In this document: positions 63,126-64,000 of the stretch, piece after piece | Layout: every line of letters starts with the position of its first letter | Numbering within the stretch: the first letter of the stretch is position 1 | NCBI GenBank assembly: GCA_964016885.1 | Contig: OZ024742.1 | Coordinates: 205,034,001-205,098,000 of the forward strand | Direction of reading: 5' to 3' | DNA: 64,000 bases | Origin: Eledone cirrhosa | Taxonomy: Eukaryota | Notes under the pieces: model-generated | The model's database searches: none | Seen by the model: only the letters and a program-made list of their open reading frames with translations | What the model was told of the DNA's origin: nothing | Translations under genes and position numbers: made by a program

Positions 63126-64000
63126 AAAAATAATAGACCCTAACAAATGTGTGAAGAGGAATTTATCATTTCTGGGAAGTTTTGTATAGACAACTGAAAA
63201 CTGGAGAACATTTTCAACATACTACAAGAAAAAATAAATAAAAGACTGGAAATATTGGTGTTGACAATGTGGAATATAGAGATGATAAACAGTTAATTAA
63301 GTGGACAATAAAACAATGTATATCTATCTGTCCATGAAACATATGCACATATGCAAGGTCTGAACACAAAATAACCACACTCCACTGTCACTGCCCCTGA
63401 CTCTCTCACTATTATGAGCAAATGGGGACCCACGTGCTGTCTGCCAACTACCAGAAAGTCTAGAATTCTGTCTTACCCACACTGACATCTGAGGTACCTT
63501 TGGGACTGATCATGGAGGATACAGAGTGACTAGGGTCACGGGGTGCCATGAATAATCCTAGGCAAAATCAAGTCTTTGGATACCTTTACCAGAAGTCACT
63601 CTGTTGCAAACCTTTTGACCAAACTTCTGCTTTAGCTATATCCTTCTCCCTTTCTGTCAGCAGCAAAAAAATTGGCCCCCAAAATATAGTTCCATGGGGA
63701 CAGCTGTTAACTCTCTCATTAAACAGAGAGAGAGAAACATACTTGCACATACATAGGGACACTCATTCACACATACACATTCACAGAGAAACATACTTAT
63801 ACATACACAGACATATTCATTCACACATTCACAGAGAAACATACTTACACATACACAACATAGACACACACACACACATAGACACACTCACTCACACATG
63901 TTCACGCACACACACACAGATAAGTTTCTCTCCAAGGTAGAGTCCTGGACAAAGATTGGAAGAGCAACAGTTGACCAGTATTACAAGTCTCTCCCCTCCA

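Overview
AT-rich, microsatellite-dense eukaryotic DNA. The repeat families (RTE LINEs with (GAT)n tails, CORE- and Meta-type tRNA SINEs, an R4/Dong-like LINE) suggest an octopus/coleoid genome, but this is an inference. The only host gene I can support is the 3' part of DAP3 (MRPS29) on the + strand: seven GT-AG exons between 3150 and 29097 that splice in frame to a stop codon. Its introns contain several long fold-back palindromes, three of which carry Penelope-type minimal hammerhead ribozyme motifs, plus a twin-primed inverted LINE. A transposon nest follows at about 33-54 kb: a hAT transposase interrupted by an RTE, which is interrupted by a CsRN1-type Gypsy; then a second CsRN1 Gypsy interrupted by a divergent, GC-rich LTR retrotransposon. 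The most striking observation concerns this last family. In two diverged copies it has no TGG primer-binding site. The 12 nt directly after the 5' LTR (AGCTATTTCGGC) are instead the exact reverse complement of the 5'-terminal 12 nt of tRNA-Phe, suggesting priming by a short 5' tRNA fragment or another non-canonical route. The rest of the window holds a Mutator-like fold-back element with a 9-bp TSD, Tc1/mariner, Helitron-like, R4/Dong and CR1/L2 remnants, and SINEs. All calls were made by eye; boundaries of decayed repeats are approximate.
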